Positions 53,201-64,000 of a stretch of 64,000 nt of DNA are shown here, one piece after another. The position numbers and the translations under genes are program-made. The notes under the pieces were generated by a model that saw only the letters and a program-made list of their open reading frames with translations, ran no database searches and was not told the origin of the DNA. Each line of letters starts with the position of its first letter. Position 1 is the first letter of the stretch. The stretch comes from Paragordius varius (lineage: Eukaryota; Animalia; Nematomorpha), in the NCBI GenBank assembly GCA_964247055.1, contig OZ176050.1, positions 6,696,001 through 6,760,000 of the forward strand. Reading direction: 5' to 3'.

Positions 53201-56200
53201 TATTTATGCATATATAGTAATAATAAAATAATATACTTACGATTTGCATGGCAGTTTTAAAGAATTCAGCTAAAGTAAGAGTAGAGTAATAAAATAAATT
53301 GTTTAAATTAGAAAAAAATATAATACCATCTTTTTCATGATTTATAGTAAAATGTTTTCCCTGTAAATAATCCATTACTTCATAGATTACACTACTGGAA
53401 GAGTATTCTAAAAATTTATTGGAAATTAATTAGAAACTATAATCATATCATAAAAATTAAATAATTTCAACCAAAAATTATAAATAAGTAAATTAACGAT
53501 ATTATAAGGAAAATTTAAGCTACAAATAAAAAATATTTATTAGTAAATATGGAATTCTCTGCCATCATAATATTGTGACCAACAGTATCTTTTTAACATA
53601 AATTTTGAAAACGTTTGAAACAATAATGGTAAAAATTATAGCATTGATTAAAAATAAAGATTGGATAGATACATTCAACTTACTATCTCTATAAAAAGCT
53701 GTCAATAAATGGTAAAACATTGCAAGACTTGGTGATGATTGATAATTTTCCAATTTCGCTTCCTTTTTTGTTATTAGAGTTCTCTCGCTGCTTTTATTAT
53801 TAGGAAATGAAAAATAAGCCTTGTATTCAGCCAAAATTTCAAGGCAAAGATTGGTGGCCATTTTGTAATGTGCATTTAAACTTGCCGCTATACCCATAAG
53901 TTCTACAAAAGTTTCAACATTTGGGTAACATTCCGTTCTAGCCATATCATTCAACATTTCCTGGATGATTATAAAAAATTAGACTAATTTTATGTATATA
54001 ATATTATAGTTTATAGTTACTATTTAGGTTTCTATTTTGAAGGGTAGGGAGTTAAAAGATTTAAATTCCAAGGGCTAACACTGCTTATAGAAAAATTGTA
54101 CACTTTATAAACAGTATACTCCAATATTTAATTTAATTAATAATTGTTAATTAGTTATATTAAATCGGTAAAAAGGCAATATAATTTTAAAAAACGAAAA
54201 AAAATATTTTACCAGAGTTTTGGACCAGCGCGAATAATTATTTTCCGTTAACAATGGTATCGCTTTTAACAGACTGTTATAAACGCGCAGCGGAACTGAA
54301 AAAAACATAATTGTGTATACATATATATATATTGATGATAGAATAAAAATGCGCAAATGATTTGGATATGATTTTTCAATTAACATAATTAATTTTTCTA
54401 AACATCCGTCAAACTTTATGTTTGACAAACAAAAAAATAATTCACCACTATGTAAGAAAAATTGGATAGTAATAATATACCCTTCATATCATTTTGTTTC
54501 ATTTCTTCGTAGAGCGCAAAGGCACGTTCAGGACTATTATACTAAAAGACATGCAGTAAAAATCAAAATATAAAGAAAGGTAAAAGTTAAATATAACAAT
54601 AGCCTATATCCTTTGTTATTGCAAATTATATAAAATATCAAAATTTAAAACACATAGTTTTCTTCAAATATTAGGATTTTATTTATAATAATTTATCGTA
54701 TCTTTTATATATTTAAATCAGAGAATGACTGATCAAAAATATGTCAAACTCTATGTTAAAATTTCCAAATAAAAACTTTATTCAGTGCACATATCATTAT
54801 TGTGTAAGCTGGCAGAGGTTTTGGGTCTTTTAGGTCATCCCATATTTGATTTGCAAATCCCAGGTTTCTAAAAAACATATAATTTTAACATTGAAAAAAT
54901 TATGTCTTTATAAAATTAATATCTTTTATGTATTTATAATATTTCTAAGGTTTCTTCCTTTTAATAAAGATGATTAGCTAAATAAGAAAATAATTTATAA
55001 GGGGTTTTTTAATTTTATTTTCGTACATATATAATAATTACTTCCAGCGCCGTGGGAATTTTTGTAATCCGGTGTAATTTCGGTACCAATAAACCTTTAA
55101 ATATAATTTTATATTATATAAACCCATATTGAAATATTTAAAAAATACGGTAATTTTTTTAAAAAAACATATTCATATCCCATGTAATTGACCAACAAAG
55201 TCTACCACCTCCCCGCGGTGTTGGCTGAGGCATGAAAATGCGCTAACGGCAAAGGCTAGTTTCTAATCTGTTAAATCATTAGTTGTACACAAGGGCATAT
55301 GTTACGTATCGCCGGAGATTACCACGAAGTATAAATATTATCAATATCAATTACTTGGTGGTACGAAAATTTCGAATTCGGAGTCCTACCCTTTATGAGA
55401 GAGAATATCCCATGCTATTATTTGCCTCAAAATACGACTAACACAAAAAATACTCACAATAATATTTGTTATTTATATGTATAAATCACTATAAGATCTG
55501 TTGAAATTTATGCAATGGAAAGAATGGCATGAATTAGCTCCAACAAGCTGAAATTTTATAAATTTTAATTTATGCAACAAACCTCAACCTTTATAATCAA
55601 AATAAATTTAACACATACATGGTGCCCTAAATGACCCCAATTATCAAAATGTTTGCGTACAAATAGCCATGTCGTAACGAATGCATAATAAAAATAAATT
55701 ATACGATGGTTAGGGGCGTTAAATTATAATATATTTTTCCTACATTGACATAAATTAACTTGCAAGCCAAATACATACAATTGTGTGTATAAATAAAAAA
55801 ACTTACATCATCAGAAAGTTCTGCGAGAGAGGTAGTTAAGTTTGGCGATTCAGAATTATTTTTTGCTTTTGTTGTTTTCTCATTATCATTGCTAATCAAC
55901 TCCTCGTCCATTTTCTCAGTTTCGTGGGCACCAATATTAGAGTCGGTGGAATTATAGAAGGCAACATATTGTAACATGTTCAATTGTTGTGCTTCTGTCA
56001 ATTTGTTTTCTTCTAAACAAATATTTTAATGGTTTTACCTTTTAACTTTTCATATGCTTTAATTATCATGTAATAGGGTGCATTAAAATTAATTAGTTGA
56101 TTTAATAAATCTTGCTCATTTTTATGGGAAATAACAGATAGGTTGTGCTTTTTTGAATAAAATTTCTAAAATATATTGAAAATGAAAACATCAATTTTTG

Positions 56201-56523
56201 GAAAGTCAATAAAATCCTCAAAATAATTGGGATATTTATCCAAAAAATAACGAGCGGCAGATTTCCCTGAAGCTTTCGCTAACGAATATGATCTCTAAAA
56301 ATATATGAATAAAAACCTTTTCAGAGTTATTTAAAGGTATAAAATAAGGATCATCATGAAATTTATATTCGGGAGCATTATAGTCTTTCTTCACAAGATG
56401 TGAAAGAGTTTCTAATAATTCTGTAGGAGATCTTTCGATTTTAAGCGGAATGTTCAATTCGCTAACATTTTTTATTTTCCGAAGACTCTGAAATTGTGGT
56501 TTCAAAGCTTGTTTAAAAAGCAT
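47239..56523 (-). CDS. PTCD3: Pentatricopeptide repeat protein PTCD3 / mitoribosomal mS39; about 20 exons, 47.4-51.5 kb part only partly resolved
   Basis: Resolved exons 56523-56317, 56294-56190, 56165-56039, 56012-55807, 55094-55042, 54867-54777, 54541-54481, 54295-54213, 53960-53684, 53407-53327, 53269-53241, 53004-52895, 51573-51495; further coding pieces near 49756-49575, 49480-49380, 49085-48900, 48345-48210; last exons end at TGA 47239. Motifs: basic presequence-like start, YKFHDDPYFIP..SEKRSYSLAKASGKSAAR, PPR helices (AYTIMICALNKYNSPERAFALYEEM, PSLAMFYHLL), RFWSDLKLYG, C-terminal LNEEQRAILES. Confidence 0.85.
47306..47330 (-). other. 25-nt GT-AG micro-intron (PTCD3 last intron)
   Basis: GTAAATTTATTTTAAATTCATATAG; removal gives VLNEEQRAILESML; unspliced reading stops immediately (CGG TAA). 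Confidence 0.78.
49774..49945. mobile_element. MITE with perfect 17-bp TIR TACCATTTACACCTCAA, TA-flanked
   Basis: TIRs at 49774-49790 and 49929-49945; lies in a PTCD3 intron about 16 nt from an AG acceptor at 49757. Confidence 0.8.
50150..51400 (-). mobile_element. Decayed RTE-like LINE reverse transcriptase fragment in a PTCD3 intron
   Basis: Frameshifted translation gives LFVLRHLQEKY, RAFDQIPR..I*WAL, IMDAATQDIRTECPWEMLFAGDL (YADD-equivalent), CSIC..V..NSIKCISC and YLGDVISSQG...RRIQHGW, all RTE-clade RT motifs. Confidence 0.85.
51603..52698. mobile_element. Non-autonomous Tc1/mariner-like element, copy 1 (PTCD3 intron)
   Basis: TIR CACTAGACAACAAAT / ATTTGTTGTCTAGTG, TA on the left; closely similar along its length to 59932-61053. 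Confidence 0.85.
56013..56038 (-). other. 26-nt GT-AG micro-intron (PTCD3 intron 3)
   Basis: GTAAAACCATTAAAATATTTGTTTAG; removal joins AYEKLK to EENKLTEAQQLNMLQYVAFYN. Confidence 0.8.
56166..56189 (-). other. 24-nt GT-AG micro-intron (PTCD3 intron 2)
   Basis: GTTTTCATTTTCAATATATTTTAG; phase 0, with its terminal TAG in frame. Confidence 0.8.
56295..56316 (-). other. 22-nt GT-AG micro-intron (PTCD3 intron 1)
   Basis: GTTTTTATTCATATATTTTTAG; removal restores conserved DDPYFIP..SEK|RSYSLAKASG. Confidence 0.9.
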
Positions 56524-56619
56524 GCTGTTTTTACACCAGAATGTATAGCATATGAATTTGTTTTGTAAATATTTTTTTCTTAATGAATCCTATATTTTTA
56601 TATAAAATAATATAATTAA

Positions 56620-57197
56620 CACTACGATTCAAATTGTGGTATTATACCCCAGACTAAATTTAAATTAATATTTTCAAAAAACTACTGAAGGAAACGGTCC
56701 CAATTTGAATTTATGCTTCTATCCTGATAAAAATTATATAAATATGCAAAAATATCTTGATAAAATTTTGTTTTAGAAAAAAAGTTCCATCTCAAACTAC
56801 TTCGACGCCATTTTTATTTTACAATATTTTTGCAAAATATCGTCTTCATTTAATTTTTAGGGTAAAACTAAAGCTAAATTTTTATTTAAATTACATCTAA
56901 CATTGATGAAATAGAAAAAGCGGTTTATTTTGTATTATTTTTCAATCTTACCATTGCACACATGTCACGTTGACGAAATTTTTACCTTTCGATTTTGGCT
57001 TAAAATAAGTAATATCAAGTATTTTTAAATAAACTTTTTTATACATTTCAGTTTATTAATGTTATATAAATGCAAAATTTAGCCATGGTTACGATTCCTT
57101 CCATACCTTTTAAAGTATTTGATTTTAAACAGGCCCGGGGTATCCAACTACCCCAATTTGAATCGAAGGACTAAAATGAGTGTGTTGTATCCCAGTG
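56620..57197. mobile_element. piggyBac-like MITE (copy G), about 100 bp upstream of the PTCD3 ATG
   Basis: TTAA|CACTAC...CCCAGTG|TTAA; homologous to copies A-E. Confidence 0.85.
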
Positions 57198-58452
57198 TTA
57201 AATTTAAAGTTTAAATATTAGCCAGGGCTTTGGTTAAAATAATTCAACAAAACCTTTGAATTTCTTTGATAAGCATGGACTTAGATAGAATTCCTGCCTA
57301 AAATTTTTGGCCCAATTTCTGTCTTGTTGGCCTTTATGTCATTTTCTATTTTAATACTTTGATTCGGGATAACGGCCGATTACATAAAATTTATTTATAT
57401 TTCCATCTCAGAAACATAATATAAATAAACCACATAAATAAATTTATACGAATATACATATATCAAACTAATCCATTTATATTTTAGAATTAAAATATCG
57501 TATTGTATTGTACTGATAAAATCTTTACAATAATTTTTAAATATCAATAGAAAAATTAATATTCCCATTATATAAAATAATTTTAGCCATGTAGTAGTGT
57601 TACGATAAAATAAATAATATCAAGTCATTCTAGACTAACATGTTATTTAAGGGAATTTTATAAATGGTTTTGATGCAGTCCAAATTTTATAAAATATTTC
57701 ATTTCTAAATGGATGTCCAGTATCCCGCTTCGAATCAAGGTTTAAGGCATTATTGTGTGCTATGCGATATCAATGCGTCATTATGTAATTAATCAATTTT
57801 ACTCTCGAAATCTGATCACAATTAATATGTCAAAATACATTATATAATAAGCTAATATAATAATAATTTACATGGTTATGAAAATTAAAATATGTCATTA
57901 GAATATAATCCGCGGAGCGTTCATGATGTGCCTTGCATCATTTAACAATTTGGACTCCTACTGTTTATCTGGACTTTCACCAGATTAATGCGGCAGTATA
58001 GCCAAATACGGTTCAAATGTGAAGAATCTGGCCTGGTTTAAACACAATTTAAGATTTGTAAATAAATCACAAAAATTTCGGAATTTTTCGAATTTCATAT
58101 AAGATAGGTAATGTGTAAAATAGAAATTTAATACCATGGAAATGGCAAAAATATTTTTCTTGCTGTTTTACACATTTGCAGATATTTATAATGCAAATAA
58201 GTGCATCAAAAAAATCGATAACTAATTCATGGCAAAACACTTTTAGCGCCGCATTCGGCCCGTAGACCACGGTTTAGTATCACTGATATAATGAGTTTAA
58301 CCTCCTAATACTAAAATGATAATTTTTTATAGGCTAAATCTTTTTTTATCCTTTTTAGTTACCTTTTATTGCGAAATAAATGCGCATGTGTTTTACATTC
58401 ATTTATTTGCAACATAAGTAACACAATTTATAATATTTAACACGTGTATTTT

Positions 58453-61400
58453 ATGATTTTTTATTTGGTATCTTGCGTCCTAATATATCTCGTAAAGAGT
58501 GATGGTATATTCGAAAATTTTGAATATTCCTTAAATTTTCCGTATTCAAGTATATTTTAACTTAATATCAGATCCGAAATGGAATTTCTATGGGTATGCC
58601 ATGGCCAAGGACAATCATATTGTTGTAACTCCCGATGATAAAAGTAGACATGGGTCGGTTTGGCTTGTAGAAGTACTAGATTATACAAATATAGCAAAAT
58701 CCTTTTCGCGATTGGATATTGCATGTGCAATTTCAAATATATGGCCATGGTGAAAATTTATATGGTGATGGTTTAGGCATATGGTACACAAAAGATTATG
58801 GAAACGATGGTAAGGGAATGCATCTGCATAATAATATAGTAACAGTTTTTTCCATGAAATTATTTTTGGTTTTTTTTATAATTTATTAATATTTAGACTT
58901 TTTTGACCCATTTAGTTTACAATTTATTATGTTATTTTAATACAAATTATTTATTAGATCGTAAGAACTTAGTAATATCCCATTGTTAAAATAGAGAATT
59001 AGAATGAATAATAAGATTAAAATACCTTTTTTATATTGTCGTTTAACAAGAAGGCAAAATCTATAAATTTCGAACTTCCTAAAAATATTCGGGTTATTTT
59101 ATTAGTTATTATTATTGTCAAGTATTTTTTCCAAAGTTTAACCAAAAGACGGCATATCTAAAATTAACAAGTTTGTATTTTCATGCAATTTCTTTAAGAA
59201 GCTTGGGTTAGTCATCTACCCATTATATTTATTAAAAAACATAATTTATTATGCAAAAATAACGAATGTCTACCAAAACAAAGAATTTTTTTAAGTGAAG
59301 ACATAAAAGTCGATCTATATAACATAAAATGCGTACTCTCATTTTTGCTACCAAAAATATACTTGTAATAAAATTAAATTTATGAGAATTAAATTATATA
59401 AAAACTATGTAGCACGATATAAATTTTATAAATTATATTTCGATAAATTTTAATTGTAAGCTAAAAATATTGGTTTCCTACTTTGTGAATTAATAGACCA
59501 GTCTTTATGTATAACCTTAAATGCGTATTGCATGAATCTCTTATAATTTAAGTTATATGGCCTTTCAAAAACTTTTTTTTACAAAAAGTACTAGTTTTTT
59601 ATATCTTGAAATTTAATGCGTTAATTTTAAATTTACCCTTTTTAATATCACACTTTTTATTATATTATTATTTGGTTTCATCTTTTATTTTATGCGCGAA
59701 TAGGTACTGTTTTTGCTAATCAAAATCCTTTTACCGGGCTTGGCGTTTTACTTGATACCTACAACAATGTTCACGATGACAGTGTAATTATTTCATTATC
59801 TCATTTTGTAGTAATTTCTTAATTGAATATTTTATGTAAATATAAATCATATATAACTTTAATTATTTTTATAAATTATTTAAAATAAGTTTATAATAGA
59901 TAATATCCTTGATTTCTAATCTATTCGATTACACTAGACAACAAATTTTTCTACCACTCGAGATTTTTGCATTTTTTGATATTTAATATCATTTTAACAG
60001 TAAATCTGAAATAAAAATTATAACTCGTTGGAAGAATTTTGTATAATTTGATTTTTTTGATTATGCGCCCTCTTTATCAAAATTTTACTAAAAAATGTTT
60101 TTCTTTGAAAATATACAAGTAATGCCCATTTGTAATATATCATTCGAAAGAGTATTAAAAACTCTATAAAATGTATACTAATATGTATTACATCGACAAT
60201 TAATATTGGACACAAAGAGCGACAAACGCGCGAAGCGAGAGCATTTTTTTAAATTAATATATTTTTAAAACTAATGGATGAAAATGGCTCAAACTTTGTT
60301 TAGATGGAGATGAATGTTTAAAAAAGATAACACAAGAAAGTGTTTTTTGATTAAACATTTTTTATTGCTTTTATGTCACTCAAAACAGCCATTTTAAAAT
60401 TATTGTTTTTTAAAAATTACCATCTCATTAATATTAATTTATTTTCTTTACAAGGCTGATAATTTCGAAAATTTAAAGATAAAAACAAAGTTTAAGGTAT
60501 TTTTGATCTTTTATAGCCATTATGTAATAAATTTTCAGTTATAACTATGCATTTTAGTATCCACTAGGTAAAATATTTATGATAATAATAATTTTTATTA
60601 AAAAAGCAAACCAAAAGCTTTTCCAAATATTTTTTTAAATTAAAGACTAATATAACCCTAATAATTATATTAAAATAATTTATATGATTATCAAATTAGT
60701 TTGTCTGTGAAAATTCTTGACTTATTTAAGGATTGAAAATTTTAACCATTTAAATCCAAATAACTTTTACAGCCGATTGATTTAAATGACTTACTACCAT
60801 TTAAAAGATGCAGTTTTTTGCGCTCTTTCGAATGATATATAATACATGGCTTCATATCTAAAACTTTAAATTTTCGAAATTTCGAGTTTAATGTTAAATC
60901 GAGGCCAAAAATTATCGATACACTCTAATATAAAAAAATTCTTCCATGCTAGACCAATTTTCTTTTCAGATATACTAATTATGTACTTTAATGAAATAAA
61001 TTTTAAATTTACAAGAATGGCAGTTAAAAAAAGTTAAAATTTGTTGTCTAGTGTTATTAGGAGTGACTTAGTAATAGATAATATCATTAATACGCGTATT
61101 TGATATAACTATCGGGTATATTATAATAGACACTTATTATTATATTATATTAAATTGAATTCATAAATTTTAATTCTCATCCTTTTAGTACTACTAATTT
61201 TTTAATCATATTTATATTGTTTGTGAACAAATTTTATGTGATTGCAGAGACAGCACCCCTATATCTCAGTGCAATTAAGTGATGGAACTTGGCTCTATAA
61301 CCATGACAAAGATGGTACAGACACCCAATTGATGGGTCAATCCATCGATTATCGTGGGGCTGATAAACATCCCACCCTTATTGTCTCCTACATTAATAAT

Positions 61401-61927
61401 GTCCTTGAAGTGAGTACTATTTTGCATTTAAGATGCTACGATCTATTATAATTATTTAAATTATTAGGCTTGCTAATTAAAAATAAATTATTATAGCTAC
61501 ATTTTATGATGGATGAAAGCGATGGTTTTTTTATTTAATTTAATTAATTGGTATAAGATTAATATATTTTTTGTGTCAGAAGTTCTTTCTTTAAAATTTA
61601 TTAGGATCAATTATTTAACTTTATGGTTGCATCACAATTGCCAACAATTCGCTTGAGTCTTCTTTTTTATACTACACAATATATCTTTTTGTAATTTTTT
61701 ATGATTAAAAAATCAAATAATTGTTGAAAATTATATTTAGGTCAATATAACATTCGATCATTTCACCACAATCCAACCTCTTATGAAAATTCCTGGTGTT
61801 CATTTACCTACTCATTATCATTTTGGTGTATCGGCGGCTACTGGAGATCTTTCTGGTCATTTCTTTGTTAATAAATTTTTTTTGACAACGAATGATGTAT
61901 TGCTATTATGTAGCTAATTTTGGATTT

Positions 61928-61992
<65 letters not shown>

Positions 61993-63523
61993 GTACGAAA
62001 AAATTTTATATTTTAGATATGCACGCCGTGACCTCTATCAAATTATTCCCTGTCGAAGTATATCGGACGGTATTATATTAGTTATTATTTTAAATCTATG
62101 TCCAAATAGGCTGAGCAACAAAGAATAGATTCTGAAATTAAATCGCCTTCTACGGATTTCAGAAGATCTCCATTAGGTTATTTATAATAATAATAATTAA
62201 TCGTATAAATATTTTTTAAATAATGCTTTGATGGTTTCATATGTTAAACTTTTCAAAATGGATTTAAAATATTAAAACATATCTCGATTATAATATCACC
62301 TATGACTACACATCTTATATATGACATTCTTAAATAATAGCTACGAAAAGTCGAAATTTTAATAACTTATGCTCTCTTTTATATCATAATGCATGTTTCA
62401 GTTTTAACTATAACATGATGAATTGTTAAATTAATAGCCATTTCATTGATTTACAATTTATATTTTTAGCACATTATGGTATAAACTTACAAAAAAAAAG
62501 CTATGCTCTTTCTTACAAAAGAATAATCGTGTTTTATCTAATAACTAAATGGATGTAAACAAGATAAGCACCCCTTGTTTTGAAAAAAAAATGTTTTATC
62601 ATTAAAAAATATTTTTCCGAAAACAATAAACACCCAAAATATTATTAACGTATAAATGGAGGCAATGATGGTAAATTTTGGGCACTTAATTCACACAATT
62701 TTATTCCTCTCAGATAAATGTCATTCGTATATGGCATAACTCAGGAAAAATCTATCCAAAATTTGGTGTTTTTTTATTTGGCATTAAGAGAAAGATATGT
62801 ATAAATTCTTTTAACAATGCTCACCCCTTTTGTCTTGTAAAGCTAATAGTGTATCATCTATATTAATTAGAATTTTTATAAAAGTTTGTTTTTGACTCAA
62901 AATTTGGAACACATACAGTGTTAATATTCTTTTTTACAGTATGAGCAAAAATTCTTGATTAGCTCTTCATTAGATATAGCTCTATAGCATTTAGAGGATA
63001 CAGTGAAAAGTAAAACACTAATATTATATACCTGAAGAAAACAATATTTATAATTCTTGATTTCTTTTCAACCTAAATAATTACAGTTGTAAAATATTAA
63101 ATTAATGTTACCAATTTACATCTCTATTTCATATTCTTCAACCTAAAACAATAGGTAATCTCCTCAAAAATCAAGGTTAAAATATCGTCATTTACATGAT
63201 AAGCGTCTAGTTTTGTCTTTGTAATTTTAATTTTTACTATATAGTTTTGAGTAAAAGCGCAAGAAAAAGTAGAAATAAACATTTTTCACCAATTTTAAAC
63301 CATGAAAATAGCTTCTGTTCGCTATCTGGTAAAAACTAAGCAAATTTTTCTTATAATGTATCTTTAAATTTAATATATAGATCATCAAGGCAAAACACAT
63401 CATCACATGAGTAAGAAAAAGACAATATTGGTTATTTTGTTGACATGCATTGGAATAGGCGTATTGCTTTTCGTTGGTATGGCCGTTTTTAAACCCAACA
63501 AAAGTCCGAATCGTTTATACTAA
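58453..63523 (+). CDS. LMAN2: VIP36/VIPL-type L-type lectin, type I membrane protein, 9 exons, about 310 aa
   Basis: Exons 58453-58549, 58572-58672, 58695-58809, 59704-59783, 61248-61409, 61741-61855, 62017-62069, 62110-62176, 63381-63523. Signal peptide, LYGDGLGIWYTKD, LDTYNN, PYIS, YNHDKDG, HFGVSAATGDLSD, TM helix and short tail ending NRLY*. Confidence 0.92.
58550..58571 (+). other. 22-nt GT-AG micro-intron (LMAN2 intron 1)
   Basis: GTATATTTTAACTTAATATCAG; joins EYSLNFPYS to NPKWNFYGYA; unspliced reading hits TAA. Confidence 0.88.
58673..58694 (+). other. 22-nt GT-AG micro-intron (LMAN2 intron 2)
   Basis: GTACTAGATTATACAAATATAG; joins GSVWLVE to QNPFRDWILHVQF, restoring spacing to the conserved W and GDG. 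Confidence 0.88.
59932..61053. mobile_element. Non-autonomous Tc1/mariner-like element, copy 2 (LMAN2 intron 4)
   Basis: Same TIRs and body as 51603-52698. Confidence 0.85.
61931..61986. repeat. (AT)28 microsatellite in LMAN2 intron 6
   Basis: Uninterrupted AT run; it produces the YIYIYI tract of ORF 61892-62128. Confidence 0.95.
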
Positions 63524-63692
63524 AAAAACTCTAACATTTTGTATGTATTCTATTTATATATATACTTACACAAATTAATTTGCAATGTAATAAATTTAGA
63601 CATAATATGATGTTGTAATGGTAAATGACGGATTAATAATGTTTTTTGTGATTTCGGATTTATTAATTGTTACTTATATGATTTTATTAAAC

Positions 63693-64000
63693 TACCAGCT
63701 GGCCCTGTCACGCTTCGCTGTGACGTCTCGATAATTGTTCTTAGTCATTTGCAATAAATAGAGGTAATGGGGAAAAAATAATAAAAAAACATATATAATA
63801 AAAAGAATGTCTTTAATAATTCTTTCACGGGTTTTTGCTTAGGCTCAAATATTGTTTACTTGAAATTTACCATATTTAAACACTCCCTTATTAAAGTTAA
63901 TATTCAACTATCATTAGATTTATTTTAAGATTTTCGTTTTACGAAATCATGGTTAAAAGTTTTATTTTGAAATTTAGTTCACACACCTGGGATCAAGGGA
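63693..64000 (+). mobile_element. Possible Helitron-like element 5' end (cut by window end)
   Basis: TACCAGCTGGCCCTGTCACGCTTCGCTGTGAC resembles invertebrate non-autonomous Helitron starts and carries a GTCAC/GTGAC hairpin. Confidence 0.35.

Noticed and set aside
58067-58270. 67-aa minus ORF or SRP-Alu-like RNA near 58245-58285
   Set aside because: The GC-rich part reads CAGTGATACTAAACC..CGGGCCGAATGCGGC on the minus strand, like a hAT MITE end; no SRP helix 8.
1-64000. Ciliate-type genetic code or prokaryotic systems (CRISPR, operons, rRNA)
   Set aside because: TAA, TAG and TGA all terminate conserved proteins at the expected places; homeobox, spliceosomal introns and animal TE types indicate a metazoan; no rRNA or cas-like sequence seen.

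Overview
Very AT-rich, intron-containing animal genomic DNA read in the standard genetic code. The species cannot be named from the sequence; the glycogen synthase looks protostome-like. Left to right: (1) the 5' part of an NK-like (Lbx/ladybird-like) homeobox gene on the minus strand, cut by the window edge and absent from the ORF track; (2) about 9.5 kb with no recognisable gene; (3) a 13-exon glycogen synthase (-) with a tRNA-Pro(UGG) in intron 6; (4) a MITE-rich stretch holding a possible secreted Ig-like ORF; (5) an unidentified multi-exon gene (+); (6) intronless PIGA (-); (7) NOP14 (+); (8) PTCD3/mS39 (-); (9) a VIP36/LMAN2-type lectin (+). Introns and spacers contain TTAA-flanked piggyBac-like MITEs, hAT MITEs with 8-bp target-site duplications, a hAT deletion derivative, Tc1/mariner-like MITEs and RTE-like LINE relics. 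The most striking signal is a class of ultra-short GT-AG introns of 22-26 nt. Ten were reconstructed by hand in five genes, alongside kb-long TE-filled introns. All ten would break the reading frame if retained, and all sit at the first or last introns of their genes. All gene models were spliced by hand and need RNA confirmation.
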